NCBI GenBank assembly: GCA_963845185.1 | Contig: CAWJRG010000006.1 | Location: 64,001 to 128,000, forward strand | Direction of reading: 5' to 3' | Source: an uncultured bacterium | GTDB taxonomy: Bacteria; Oederibacteriota; PGYV01; CAWJRG01 | DNA length: 64,000 bases | Shown here: piece by piece, positions 18,899-31,034 of the stretch | How positions within the stretch are numbered: the stretch's first letter is position 1 | Layout: each line of letters opens with the position of its first letter | Translations under genes and position numbers: made by a program | The notes under the pieces: model-generated | What the model saw: only the letters and a program-made list of their open reading frames with translations | Told to the model about the DNA's origin: nothing | The model's database searches: none

Positions 18899-19888
18899 AT
18901 GGATATCAAAGTAAACCTGGAAATGCCGGGGCACGGCGGCGAGCTCGTGCCTCAGGAATTCGACGTGGTCATCATAGGCGGCGGGCCCGCAGGGCTGACA
19001 GCCGCCATTTATAATTCAAGGGCACGCTTAAGGACCCTTGTGATAGAGAAACTCGCAATAGGCGGGCAGGTAATCCTGACAAACGAGGTGGAGGATTACC
19101 CGGGTTTTGAGCGCGTGAAAGGCATAGACCTGATCCAAAACATGGAAAAGCAGGCCAGGAATTTCGGCACTTATATAATAAACGACGGGATTGAAAAAAT
19201 AGAGGACAGGGAAAACGGCACAAAGACCATAAAGACAACCTCGGGGAAAAATTTTACAGCGTACGCCGTGATAATAGCGACCGGCGCAGAGCATAAAATG
19301 CTCGGCGTGCCGGGGGAAATAAAGCTCAGGGGAAAAGGCGTGTCTTACTGCGGAACCTGCGACGGCGCTTTTTTCAGGAACATGGAAATCGCGGTCATAG
19401 GCGGAGGCGATACCGCGGCCGAAGAATCGGTTTTTTTGACGCGGTTTGCAAAAAAGGTTTACCTGATACACAGGAGGGACAGGCTGCGCGCGACAAAGGT
19501 CCTGCAGGAACGCGCCCTGTCAAATACCAAAATCCAGCCTGTTTTTGACACTGTGGTCGGGGAAATCATCGGCGAAAAAGCGGTTGAAAAAATAAGATTA
19601 AAAAACATCAAGACAAACGAAACCAGGGACCTTGCGGTCAGCGGGGTTTTTATATTCGTGGGGCTCACGCCGAACACCGAGTTTTTGGCAGGATACCTTG
19701 ACATGACCGATGAGGGATATATAAAAACCAGCGCTGAAATGAAGACTTCAAAAGCCGGGATTTTCGCCGCAGGCGACTGCGTAGACAAGAAATTCAGGCA
19801 GATAATCACCGCTGCCGGCGACGGGGCGACTGCCTCATATTTCGCGCAGCATTACGTTGAGCACCTGAAAGGCACGGAATACGTATAA
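18899..19888 (+). CDS. trxB: thioredoxin-disulfide reductase
   Basis: GGGPAG, GVSYCGTCDG, GGGDTAAEE, HRRD, FAAGD. Confidence 0.96.
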   Translation: MDIKVNLEMPGHGGELVPQEFDVVIIGGGPAGLTAAIYNSRARLRTLVIEKLAIGGQVILTNEVEDYPGFERVKGIDLIQNMEKQARNFGTYIINDGIEKIEDRENGTKTIKTTSGKNFTAYAVIIATGAEHKMLGVPGEIKLRGKGVSYCGTCDGAFFRNMEIAVIGGGDTAAEESVFLTRFAKKVYLIHRRDRLRATKVLQERALSNTKIQPVFDTVVGEIIGEKAVEKIRLKNIKTNETRDLAVSGVFIFVGLTPNTEFLAGYLDMTDEGYIKTSAEMKTSKAGIFAAGDCVDKKFRQIITAAGDGATASYFAQHYVEHLKGTEYV

Positions 19889-19958
19889 ATACAGGCTCCT
19901 GCTCCGCGCATTTTTTTTTAACCCGTTAATTTATCCATAACCTATCCGGCAAATAATT

Positions 19959-19986
19959 GGAACATTTTTCCATAAAAATTGTCTAA
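19959..19986 (+). promoter_or_regulatory. ECF sigma-like promoter (copy 1)
   Basis: GGAAC-17 bp-GTCTAA upstream of 20012. Confidence 0.65.
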
Positions 19987-20011
19987 TTATCAACAGGAGA
20001 GTGTATCAGGA

Positions 20012-20740
20012 ATGATTAATAAGAAGGCATTTGCAATAATCTTATTTTTTACCGCTGTTTTTTCATTATGCCTATACGCCGGCAATTACAAATTCGGGTT
20101 CCCTTTGCCGGGCACTGCTGCGCCGGATTCCGTGCCCCTGGATGCCATGAGAAAAATAGCCGCGGATTCAGCCGTGTCCGTATGGGGGCAGGCTTTACCG
20201 GTGGCGGAAATACCGTGCTGCGGCATGGACGGCGCAGAATCTTTTTATTATTTTGTCTTCAGGATAGACGGCGGCGCGCCGGGGGATTACCCGTCAATCA
20301 CATCTGAAATCATGCAGGGAAGGGCCGATTACAAAGAAATAATAAATTCCCCCGTGAATAACACGAAAGAATATTACGCTAAATTCCTGGACGCGAAAAA
20401 AAGGAAGTGGGGCATAGGCAGGTACGGGACCGTCGTAGTTTCATGCAGGCTGTCGTTCCCGCCGGTGCCAGAGTTTATACACGGCCTGCCGCCTTTTTAT
20501 ACCATGCTTGATATTATGGCGTCGCAGTGCCCTGCAGGGGCAACGCTTACGAGGATTTATTATATTACGCCCATGGACCAGTTTTATGAATTTTCCTCAG
20601 GCAGCAAAAGCACGGTAATTGACGGGCTGTCGCTGAAAGTTGAGGACATGGACGGCCTGAAGAAAAGATACCCGGGCTCATTTGCCTCCAATGCAAATGA
20701 AAAAAATTTTGAAAAGGAATGGGCCCGCTATGGCCGCTAA
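20012..20740 (+). CDS. secreted hypothetical protein resembling a Spi/I69-type peptidase propeptide
   Basis: signal peptide; FYYFVFR..YGTVVVS....PPVPEF pattern; overlaps the start of the downstream peptidase. Confidence 0.55.
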   Translation: MINKKAFAIILFFTAVFSLCLYAGNYKFGFPLPGTAAPDSVPLDAMRKIAADSAVSVWGQALPVAEIPCCGMDGAESFYYFVFRIDGGAPGDYPSITSEIMQGRADYKEIINSPVNNTKEYYAKFLDAKKRKWGIGRYGTVVVSCRLSFPPVPEFIHGLPPFYTMLDIMASQCPAGATLTRIYYITPMDQFYEFSSGSKSTVIDGLSLKVEDMDGLKKRYPGSFASNANEKNFEKEWARYGR

Positions 20741-23700
20741 AAAAACCCTCCTCATATCAGCCTTTATATTATGCGTATTTTCACTGCATGCGGCTTATCA
20801 TTATGTTCCTTACATGGACGGGGCAGACATGACGCGCATGCCTGCTTTTTTGTGGTATGCGGGCTGCGCCCCGACATCAGCGTGCATGGTACTGGGTTAC
20901 TGGGATAATTACGGCGCCATGGGCGGCGGGACTTATGGCAAGAACATCAATTACGGCAAACTTTTGCAGTATTATATGGACAAGACCGCAATGCTTACGC
21001 TGAAGGGGTACAACGGGACGATTTTTTCGTGGAGTTATTACGACGCGGACGTGCCAAAGGCAAAAACACAGTACGAGCTGGCGTATTATATGCACACCGA
21101 TTCCGGCGGCGGCACAACCACCAATATGGCGCCGGTGGGAATAGCAACGGTCGCGGCATCCAGGGGCTATACCGACGCGACCAGCGAAGATTTGCAGGGA
21201 ACCGCGGCCAATGACTGGTCGTGGCAAAACCTTGTGAATTCCATCAACAGCGGGCAGCCGTGCATATGGTACAACATCATATCCAGCCAGGGGCATGCCA
21301 TGGCGGCATGGGGATACAATGACAACAAGTATGTCATGGTTTACAACACATGGGATGAAATGCGCCATGATTATTATTACCAGTATTACACCGGAGTGAC
21401 AGGCATGGCTAATGTGCTTGCAGGCGTGACCACGTTCAATCCCGGGACCATGGGCATGGATTCGGACGCGGAGCTTTTTTCGCCTGACGGCGGCGAGGCA
21501 TGGGCCGATAACATACCGCAAAGCATACACTGGCAGCAGTACGGGCCAAGCATAGATACAGTGAACATATTTTATTCCCAGGACGGCGGGCTGGACTGGA
21601 CGCAAATAACTTCAACTGCGGGCGCAACAGGCGACAATTATTTTACATGGACCCCTCCGGGTACAGTGAACTCAACGAGAATGAGGGTCAGGATAGAGGG
21701 GTGGTCCGGAGGCGGGAGCGGCCTGCATTACGGCGACGACGGCAGCAGGCAGAATTTCTCGTGCACGGCACCTACATTTACATGCACACCGACGCCGACA
21801 TTTACAGGCACGCCGACAATAACGCAGACATATACAGTAACGCCTTTAGTGTCGCCGACGGGCACCCCGATAATAACCAGTGTTCCCACCATAATTCCGG
21901 GGTCAACGCCCTGCTTTATAACGCAATGGGGCGGTTTAGGAACCGGCAACGGGCAGTTTTATAATCCTTACGGAGTAGCAGCAGACAGCAGCGGAAACGT
22001 GTATGTTTCAGACACTTATAACAACAGGATACAAAAATTCAGCAGCACAGGCACATATATAACGCAGTGGGGCGGTTTAGGAACAGGCAACGGGCAGTTT
22101 GAATACCCCAATGGAATAGCGGCAGACAGCAGCGGGAACGTGTATGTTGCAGACACTGATAATAACAGGATACAAAAATTTGACAGTACAGGCACATATA
22201 TAACGCAATGGGGAAGTCCGGGAACCGGCAACGGGCAGTTTAGCTGGCCCTATGGAGTAGCAGCAGACAGCAGCGGAAGCGTGTATGTTTCGGATGCTGA
22301 TAACAGCAACATCCAGAAATTCAGCAGTACAGGCACATATATAACGCAATGGGGAAGTCCGGGAACCGGCAACGGGCAGTTTAGCTGGCCCTATGGAGTA
22401 GCAGCAGACAGCAGCGGAAGCGTGTATGTTTCGGATGCTGATAACAGCAACATCCAGAAATTCAGCAGTACAGGCACATATATAACACAGTGGGGAAGTT
22501 ACGGAACAGGCAACGGGCAGTTTGATTATCCTGAAGGATTGGCTGCAGACAGCAGCGGAAACGTGTACGTTATAGACGATGGCAATGACAGGGTACAGGA
22601 GTTCAGCAGTACAGGCACATATATAACACAATGGGGAAGTTCCGGGACAGGCAACGGGCAGTTTGATTTTCCTTATGGAGTGGCAATGGACAGCAGCGGA
22701 AACGTGTATGTTTCAGACACTGAAAATAATATAATCCAGAAATTCGGCGCGTGCCTCAGCCCTACGCCGACTCCGACATCCGGGCCGACGCCCTGTTTTA
22801 TAATGCAGTGGGGAAGTTACGGGACAGGCAACGGGCAGTTTAACGGTCCTGTAGGAATAGCAATAGACAGCAGCGGAAATGTGTATGTTTCAGACAATGA
22901 AAGAATCCAGAAATTCAGCAGCACAGGCGCATACATAACGCAATGGGGCAGCCTAGGAAACGGAATTGGGCAGTTTAACGGCCCTACCGGAATAGCAACA
23001 GACAGCAGCGGAAACGTGTACGTTGTGGACACTTATAATGACAGGATCCAGATATTCAGCAGCACAGGCGCATACATAACCCAGTGGGGAGGTTTTGGAT
23101 TTGGCCCCGGGCAGTTTTACTGGCCCGGTGACATAGCATTGGACAGCAGCGGAAACGCATATGTTGCAGATTCCAGCAACAGCAGAATTCAGGTGCTGAG
23201 CAGTACAGGCGCATATTTAACCCAGTGGGGAAGTTATGGGACAGGCAACGGGCAGTTTAACTCGCCTTATTTCCTGGCGCTGGACAGCAGCGGAAACGTG
23301 TACGTTGCAGACGATGTTAACGACAGAATACAAAAATTCAACAGTGCAGGCACATACATAACGCAATGGGGCAGTGCCGGGACCGGCCCGGGGCAGTTTA
23401 ATAACCCGTGGGGGCTGGCGGCAGACAGCAGCGGGAACGTGTATGTTGCGGACAATTCCAACGGCAGAATCCAGGAATTCAGCAGTACAGGCGCATACAT
23501 AACGCAATGGGGCAGCATAGGAAACGGCATAGGGCAGTTTATTTATCCTGATTCCGTGGCAATAGACAGGAGCGGAAACATATATGTTACGGACGAAGGC
23601 AATAACAGGATCCAGAAATTCGGCGCGTGCGGTAACCCGACGCTTACTTTAACGGCAATACCTGCAATAACACAAACCATAACTGAAACAACGACGGGCA

Positions 23701-25451
23701 CTCCTACGATGACACAGACAAGGACGCCGGTCCCGTCGCAAACACAGACGTACACGGCAACGCCTGTCGTATCTTTGACAAACACATTGACAACAACACT
23801 GACAAGCACAATGACACCTACGCCGACAATGACGCCGACTTTAACAACAACGCCTGTAGTGTCAATGACAGATACTGCGACAGCGACGCCGACATATACG
23901 GCAACACCTGTAGTATCGGCGACAGAGACCCCTACAGCGACACAGACGTTTACAGCAACGCCTGTTGTGTCAGCCACAGACACGCCGACAATAACGCCGA
24001 CATATACTGCCACTTTAGTGTCCGGGCCTACGCCCTGTTACATACTTAACTGGGGAACATTCGGGGCCTCCAGCGCGCAGTTTAATAATCCATATGGAGC
24101 AGCAGCGGACAGCGCCGGAAACGTGTATATCGCTGACACTGATAACAACAGGATCCAAAAATTCGACAGCACAGGCACATATATAACCCAGTGGGGAAGT
24201 TCAGGAACAGGCATTGGCCAGCTTAACAGCCCCATGGGAATAGCAACAGACAGCAGCGGAAACGTATATGTTTCGGATTCGGGCAATTACAGGATCCAAA
24301 AGTTCAACAGCACAGGCACTTATATAACCCAGTGGGGAAGTTTAGGAACGGGCATTGGGCAGTTTAGCTGGCCTTATGGAATAGCGGTTTACAGCAATGG
24401 AAATGTGTATGTTGTAGATACAGGCAACAACAGGATAGAAGAATTCAGCAGCACAGGCGCATATATAACCCAGTGGGGAAGCGCCGGCAGCGGCACAGGG
24501 CAGTTTTACAGCCCCATGGGAGCAGCCATGGACAGCAGCGGGGACGTGTATATAGTGGATACCAATAATAACAGGATAGAAGAATTCAGCAGTACAGGCG
24601 CGTATATAACCCAGTTTGGCGGCGCAGGAATCGGCAACGGCCAGCTTTTTTATCCGGAAGGGATAGCGGTGGACAACAGCGGAAACGTGTATGTTTCAGA
24701 CAGCATGAACAACAGAATCGAAGAATTCGGCAGCAATGACATTTATTTTACACAGTGGGGCGCTTACGGGACCGGCGCAGGCCAGTTTAACGGGCCTGGC
24801 GGAGTAGCAGTGGACAGCAGCGGGGACGTGTATGTTGCAGACGTCAGTAATTTCAGGATACAAAAATTCGGAGCGTGCACCAGCCCGACGCCGACTTTTA
24901 CAAACACAGTATCGCAGACGCCTACATATACAAACACGCCGAGCCCGACGCCGACGTTTACGGTGACTCCAACATCGACATGCACAAATACAGCCACGGC
25001 TACCGGCACAACAACGCTCACTTTTACTTATACCGCCACGATTACCCCTTCCCGGACAGCACTGGTTTTTACAGCCACGCCAACTTATACGGCGACATAC
25101 GCCGGGACCGTGACGCCGACTGTTATCCCGACCGAATCCACGGCAAGAATAATCAATCCTGTAATTTACCCCAACCCGTATGACCCGGCAGGTAACGGGG
25201 ACTTGCGGATAAGGCTGCAGATTACGCAGGTATTTAAGAATATCAGGCTGAGGATATACACCGTGGCTTTCAGGCTGATAAGGGAAGAAACCTGGGACGG
25301 GGAATTCCAGGCAGGCGGAATAAACATAGACGTCGCGCAGGACAAGCTTTATAACATGGCAAACGGCACATATTATTTCCTGATAACGGCTGAAACATGG
25401 GACGGGAAGACAATAAAAGGCAAGCCGGAAAACGTCATTATATTAAGATAA
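20730..25451 (+). CDS. secreted papain-like (C39/C10-like) cysteine peptidase, Ig-like domain, three 6-blade NHL propellers, Thr stalks, CTD
   Basis: own signal peptide; GCAPTSACMVLGYWD, GHAMAAWGY, YNTWD; SPDGGEAW..YSQDGGLDW; 18 repeats YITQWG..GNGQF..P.G.A.DSSGNVYV; CTD YPNP..IYTVAFRLI..ANGTYYF..IILR. Confidence 0.85.
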   Translation: MAAKKTLLISAFILCVFSLHAAYHYVPYMDGADMTRMPAFLWYAGCAPTSACMVLGYWDNYGAMGGGTYGKNINYGKLLQYYMDKTAMLTLKGYNGTIFSWSYYDADVPKAKTQYELAYYMHTDSGGGTTTNMAPVGIATVAASRGYTDATSEDLQGTAANDWSWQNLVNSINSGQPCIWYNIISSQGHAMAAWGYNDNKYVMVYNTWDEMRHDYYYQYYTGVTGMANVLAGVTTFNPGTMGMDSDAELFSPDGGEAWADNIPQSIHWQQYGPSIDTVNIFYSQDGGLDWTQITSTAGATGDNYFTWTPPGTVNSTRMRVRIEGWSGGGSGLHYGDDGSRQNFSCTAPTFTCTPTPTFTGTPTITQTYTVTPLVSPTGTPIITSVPTIIPGSTPCFITQWGGLGTGNGQFYNPYGVAADSSGNVYVSDTYNNRIQKFSSTGTYITQWGGLGTGNGQFEYPNGIAADSSGNVYVADTDNNRIQKFDSTGTYITQWGSPGTGNGQFSWPYGVAADSSGSVYVSDADNSNIQKFSSTGTYITQWGSPGTGNGQFSWPYGVAADSSGSVYVSDADNSNIQKFSSTGTYITQWGSYGTGNGQFDYPEGLAADSSGNVYVIDDGNDRVQEFSSTGTYITQWGSSGTGNGQFDFPYGVAMDSSGNVYVSDTENNIIQKFGACLSPTPTPTSGPTPCFIMQWGSYGTGNGQFNGPVGIAIDSSGNVYVSDNERIQKFSSTGAYITQWGSLGNGIGQFNGPTGIATDSSGNVYVVDTYNDRIQIFSSTGAYITQWGGFGFGPGQFYWPGDIALDSSGNAYVADSSNSRIQVLSSTGAYLTQWGSYGTGNGQFNSPYFLALDSSGNVYVADDVNDRIQKFNSAGTYITQWGSAGTGPGQFNNPWGLAADSSGNVYVADNSNGRIQEFSSTGAYITQWGSIGNGIGQFIYPDSVAIDRSGNIYVTDEGNNRIQKFGACGNPTLTLTAIPAITQTITETTTGTPTMTQTRTPVPSQTQTYTATPVVSLTNTLTTTLTSTMTPTPTMTPTLTTTPVVSMTDTATATPTYTATPVVSATETPTATQTFTATPVVSATDTPTITPTYTATLVSGPTPCYILNWGTFGASSAQFNNPYGAAADSAGNVYIADTDNNRIQKFDSTGTYITQWGSSGTGIGQLNSPMGIATDSSGNVYVSDSGNYRIQKFNSTGTYITQWGSLGTGIGQFSWPYGIAVYSNGNVYVVDTGNNRIEEFSSTGAYITQWGSAGSGTGQFYSPMGAAMDSSGDVYIVDTNNNRIEEFSSTGAYITQFGGAGIGNGQLFYPEGIAVDNSGNVYVSDSMNNRIEEFGSNDIYFTQWGAYGTGAGQFNGPGGVAVDSSGDVYVADVSNFRIQKFGACTSPTPTFTNTVSQTPTYTNTPSPTPTFTVTPTSTCTNTATATGTTTLTFTYTATITPSRTALVFTATPTYTATYAGTVTPTVIPTESTARIINPVIYPNPYDPAGNGDLRIRLQITQVFKNIRLRIYTVAFRLIREETWDGEFQAGGINIDVAQDKLYNMANGTYYFLITAETWDGKTIKGKPENVIILR
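22184..22486 (+). repeat. exact 141-bp tandem duplication of one NHL blade
   Basis: 22184-22324 is identical to 22325-22465, with identity extending to 22486. Confidence 0.9.
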
Positions 25452-25476
25452 CGCTGCCTGCCAGGGAAGATTAAGT

Positions 25477-27761
25477 TCATTCCCGGTAAAACAAATAAAC
25501 CGCGCCGAGGGCCAGGAAAATAAACACGATAAAATAAAATAAAATCATATACAGCTCAATGTTCAGGGGATGGTATTTAAAGATAAGGTCGTGCGTCCCT
25601 TTTGCGAGCTTTACGCCCATGTATATGCCGAAACATTTTTCAAGTTCAGCGGACTTGTTGTCCACGTACACTTTCCAGCCGGGATAAAAATTATTCGAAA
25701 AAATAAAATATCCGTCCTCGTCTATTGTGGCATTTACCTTATAAAAGGTAAAATCATATACTTTCCTCGACCAGGAAGACTGGGAAATAAGCAGGTCCGG
25801 GACATCCCTGCTTTTTGAGGCGAAAAACATGGGAAGGGCACCGTGGTTTTTGTATATCTTGAAATACGGTCCGTCGTACATCTTGTCGTAATCGGGCGCA
25901 GACATATCCGAGAGCGAAACAAGGTATTTGACGTTCAATAAATTAAGCTTGCCGGGTCCAGGATTTCGTCGTCCCTGAATATCCCGGACATGAAGTCGTG
26001 GTAACTTTTCAGCTCCAGGGCATCGTACCCGCCGGCTTCGGATATTTCAAAAAGCATGCCTGTGTTTGACGGTATCTGCATGAAGAAATTTTTGTCCGAG
26101 TCAAAAACACTGGTTCCGGGTATGACCCTGTCCCTGTCGGCAGCGTCCGTGTGCATGATTTTATAATTATTTGATTTAACCATGGAAACGGCAGGAATGG
26201 AAAGCGAGGCAGTGTCATATATTTTGTTCCCGACAACCGGGTTTATGCCGGATATAAAATAAAGGGACTCAAAAAACATGAAAAACACCAGGATGACCGA
26301 ATAAAAACCCGTCGAAATCCTGCCTTTTTCCTTGAAAAAGAAAAGCGCGATATTAAAGCCGAAAATAAGAAAAAATACCAGGCAGCCGTAAATGAATTTC
26401 AGGAAAACGGGGTAATCCATGCCGTAAACTTTCATCAGCTGCAGCCGGTTGAGGATTACAAGGGCAAAAACCAGGACCATAAACAAAAACACCTTAAAAA
26501 GGCGGCTTGAAAATTTAAGGCTGAAATAACTGCTTACGCGGGAAAAAGGCGTCAGCTTGTCGAAAAGCGAAAGCTGGACCTCGTTTATGAAATTAATATT
26601 CTCCAGCGAAAAGGCAGCCATTATTGCGAACGGGAGTATAACCAGCGTCATTGCGAACGCGGGATGGCGCATGGCCGAGAAAAATGGGATAAAAGTGAAA
26701 AACCAGGAGTAAACCGGCGTGTTCCTGCCCATGGCCATGAGCAGGCCGGCGCACAATACAAGCGCACTCCACACGTAAAGCCTGTTTTTCGGGTAAAAGA
26801 AGGATACGGTAACCAGGAACAGGGCGGTTATTGTAAAAAAGTTCATTGTGCCCATGGCATAAGAAAGCCAGTCAGTTAAATAATTCATATCAACGCCTTT
26901 TATGCCCGCAGGCATCATGAAAGCCAGCAGGTTTTCGAAAGACACGGAATAAGCGGAGACTGCCCTGTAATCAAGGCCGGCCATCCTGGAAGAATTTTTC
27001 ATTAATTCGAGGAACAGGCCAAGCTGGGGCAGCACAAGCAGGGCGAATGCAAATGAACTTATAAGAAAAAAAAGCAGGATTTTCATTATATAAGGCCATG
27101 AAAACCTGAATTCTTTTGTCGCGGAAAGGTGGTAAAGCCAGAAAGCGGACAACAGCAGCAGGGTATATATAAATACAGGAGGATGGCCGGACAAGAAACT
27201 TAAAGCAAGCAGGCATATAAACAGAACCCAGTAAACAACTTTTTTTTCTGCCAGGAATTTTTTGAAAACAAGTATTATCAGGGGCAAAAAAGCCAGAGCA
27301 CCCAGCGCGCTGAGAAAATCAATTTTTGTCACGGTGAAAGAATTGAACAAAAAGACAAAAGAACCGGCTATCGAGGGCAGCGGGGAAAAGTTAAAAGCGC
27401 GCAAAAGAAAGTAGATGGACACGCCCATTATAACGAAATGCGCGAGCACATATATTTTCAAGGCCGGCGAAAAGTCAAGAAAATAGAAAACTATGCCCAA
27501 GGGATAAAAGGCGCCCTTTTGTATATCGGCAAGATACGGCATGCCTGAAAATACAAACGGGTTCCAGAAAGGCACGGCCCTGTTTTCAATTGACTGCTTC
27601 AGGAAATTTTTCCACGGGAAAAACTGGGTGTATATGTCGCCGATAAAGAAATTGTCCTTAAAAAAAACAGTTTTATAAAAGTAAACAAAAACTGCCAGTA
27701 TTATAAATACGCATGCCAGGAAATCCGGGTTTATTTTACGGGGTTTGTCTGTTCCGTACAT
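25477..27761 (-). pseudogene. YfhO-like GT-C membrane protein, split by one frameshift near 25940 (possibly a sequencing error)
   Basis: GDIYTQFFPW..PFWNPFVFSGMP..FYP N-terminus; C-terminal NFYPGWKVYVD..MGVKLAKGTH..FKYHP in another frame; adding one A restores PAKLNLLNVKY. Confidence 0.75.
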
Positions 27762-30700
27762 TATTTTTTCTCCATCGCGCAAACCGCGTCCATTTCGGTT
27801 TTTATTTTTTTGTCTTTTGTCAGATCAAAATAACGGCCGTAATAATAACATGATTCTGAATATTTTTCCATATCTTTGAGAAGGCCGGCTTTATTGAGGT
27901 AAAGCTCGCTCACGGGGAAAGAAACCAGCTCTTTTTCAGGAGGGGATAGGGGATTTGCGGAAGGCATGCCTTTTTCTATCCCGTCGTATTCAGCCAGCGC
28001 CGCGCTGTAATTTTTGTCTTTCCAGTAAAGCACGGCAATGTTATTCCTTGCCGTGAAATAATACGGCTCGAGTTCCACCGCGGCCTTCAGGTATTTTTTG
28101 GAGAAGGTCCTCGTCATTCAAACAGGAGTAGCAAAATCCGGCGAACTCATTGTAAGTAAAAGCCCTGTAAGGGTTAAATTTTACCGCAAGATTATAATAT
28201 GAGCGGGCTTCCTTATACATGTGCATTTTTGTGTAAATGCGGGCTAGGTGCAGGCAGTATGTTTCATTATGACTGTCATATTTCATGGCCAGTTCCAGGT
28301 AAAAAATTGCGGATTTTGAATCGTAAATCCCCTCGAAATATTTCCCGAGCTCAAAAAGGTATTTGTCGTTGAACTGTTCGGCAAGATACGCGTCATAAAG
28401 CGCCCCGTAATCCTTATTTTTTTCATACTGGCTGAACAAAAAACGCGACAATCCGGGGCGGAGCACAAAAACAAAAAGCAAAAAAGCGAGTATGAGCGCG
28501 GGGAAATAAGAAATGCGGGTAAAAAGCAGCAGTTCCTTGCGCACGGTCCTTAAGACGTATTTTTCCTTTACCACCATTGAGGCGGCTATCGCCATGGTAT
28601 AAAGTATGCCGGGGTCGTGAAGATTAAAGTCAAAAAGAGAGTAAAATAACATGCCTATAACCGCAAAATACGCGCCTGTGCACGAGGCCCATAATTTGTT
28701 ATGGCCTTCATATACGGGAGGATGTTTCAAAAGGTTAAAGGCAAGGATTATAAACAAAATAAGCCCGGGTATGCCGGTGGCGGCGCCTATCTGAAGCAGT
28801 TCATTGTGGGCAAAAGGCGTATTCATCTGGTACCTGTACACCGAGTCAACCGGGAAATTATAAAGAGGAAAAACCCGCTCGAAACTTCCTATGCCATACC
28901 CGGTCAGGGGCCTGGCCAGGATCATTTTAAAAGCGGATTTGTAAATAAGCAGCCTGTTAAAATAAAACGGGTTTTCCGAAACACCGGTTATTTTTCTGCC
29001 TGACGGCAGCAGTTTTGTGAAAGACAGCGCTATCAGGAGCAGCAAAAGGCCTGCGATAATGAAGTATTTTATCCTGGCCGCGCCGGGCGTATCCCTTGAA
29101 GCGGCGAACTTTAACCTGTAGTAAAGCGCAACAGCCAATAAAATCACGATAAGCGTGAGTATCCCCCCCCTTGAACCGGTACAGGCATTTACGAGAATAA
29201 AAAGCGCGGCTGCGGCTGTTTTTGCCGCGAGGTTCTTGAGGTTTTTTCCAAAGAGCATTTTTGAAAGTATAAAGGCGAAAGGTATTGTCATATAACTCGC
29301 GAAAAGGTTGGCATTCGGGAAAAAGGCATCGATGGAATGGGTGTCATGAGAAAAAAACCTGTAAGCAAGCTGCATAATACCCACAGCAGACAATATAATT
29401 CCAAGAGCCACAATAAAATTGGAAAGTATTATTTTGTAAACATATTTTTTCAGGAACTGCGAAGAAAGGTAAAAAATAAGCACGGCGCCCAAAACCAGGA
29501 TTAAATACAACAGGCCCTGGTAAAGGTAGCTACTGTAGTACAGTGAAAAGGCAAACCAGGCTAGCATAAGAAGCATGGGTATGTCGACAGGCGTGCGCCT
29601 TATATTTTCCTTGCTTATAGACCACAGCGCAAAGCCTGCAACTACAAGGATGTCCATAAGGGATAAAATATAAGCCTGTTTGCCGCCGGTTATTATTGAA
29701 AGCACAAGAATGCCGCAGATAATCCAGAATATCATGTCGCGCCTTTTGCCCGGGTTTATGCCGAGCATGTAGGTGAGCCTTAGCTTTTTTATTTCGATAA
29801 GGCCTATCTTCATCTGGCTCATGAGTATGGAAATCAGCGCCACAAATACCACGGTTATTTCAAAATTATAAACGTCAAAATCAACGAGGTTGTGTATCAA
29901 AAACGCAGAAGCGCCGGTCACAAGGGAGATTACAAGTATTTTATTATGGGGTTCCCTCAAAAAATAAAAGTTTTGCATTATTGTTTTATACGCGTAAATT
30001 ACCACTGCCGCAAACAGGGCCAGGCCGACAAGGCCGCTCTCCACGGTTATCTGCAAAATCACATTATGCGCGTATTTCAGATACATGGCAGGCGTGACAA
30101 GCGCCGAATTGTAAACTTCCTCGAAACTGCCCGGGCCCGAGCCGAAAAACAAGTGCTTTTTTATTATGCCCAGCATCAGGAGGTAATCCGCGAGCCTGCC
30201 GCGCAAATCGGGAATAATGCTGTGAAAACCCCGGAAATATAAAACAGCGGACAAAACAGCAAGAAAACATGCGATACAAACCAGGATTATTTTTTTAAAA
30301 TCCCTTATTTCAGGGTCCGAGATAAAGAATAAAATGATTAAATAAGCAAGCACCAGGGAAACAACCGCGCCTATTGATTTTGTCAGGAATAAATTAACAA
30401 CCAGCAGGAGAAAAAAAGGCGCGAGAACCGGCCTGAATTTTTTTTCGTTTTTCAAAAAGCCGAGCGCTAAAGGAATTATTAATATAAGAAAGCCGGCATA
30501 GGCGTTCGGGTAAATAAAAGTGGAAAAAATACGCTTGCTCTCAAGCCGTGATTTTATATCCTCGAAATTCGCCATGGGGTGCGCGGATATAGACTGCAGG
30601 GCATCATTGAATCCGATAAAATACTGGTAAAGCCCGTATAAAGCCAGGACACCCGCAATGGCAAATATGAAATAAATGAAGTATTTATGGTAAATGCGGG

Positions 30701-31034
30701 AGTAATTGTAAATGAGGTAATAAAGAAGGAGAAAGGTGCAAAACACTACGATCGCGTTTAAAGCGCTGAATTTATTTACGGCAAAGAAAAAAGACAATAT
30801 ATAAAAACAAAAAAGGAGGAAAAGGTAAGTGTCTATAGGGGTCTCAATGACGTTTTCTTCCTTTAATAATTTATTGCTCATTACGAATAAAAATCCGGCG
30901 ATAACAATCAGCGTTTTATAAAGCATGAGCAAATCAGGGTGCAAAAACGTAGGGAGAAAAAGCGACAAAGCTATAGTGAGTCCCAGTATAAAAAGCGTAA
31001 CGGAGTCTATTATTTTTAGGATTTTCTCGGTCAT
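27761..31034 (-). pseudogene. double O-antigen-ligase-like (Wzy_C) membrane protein with C-terminal TPRs; frameshift near 28105 (possibly a sequencing error)
   Basis: two modules: STFIYPNAYAG..GSGPGSF..AHNVILQ..HNLVDF and FFPNANLFA..GYGIGSF..AHNELLQ..SLFDFNLH; TPRs continue in ORF 27761-28117. Confidence 0.78.

Noticed and set aside
23543..24013. Val/Gly-rich antisense ORFs opposite Thr stalks (also 1507, 15054, 52816, 56875)
   Set aside because: Shadow ORFs produced by ACN-rich codons on the coding strand
21900..24880. CRISPR-like periodic repeats
   Set aside because: The approximately 141-bp period is in-frame NHL coding repeat; no spacers and no cas genes
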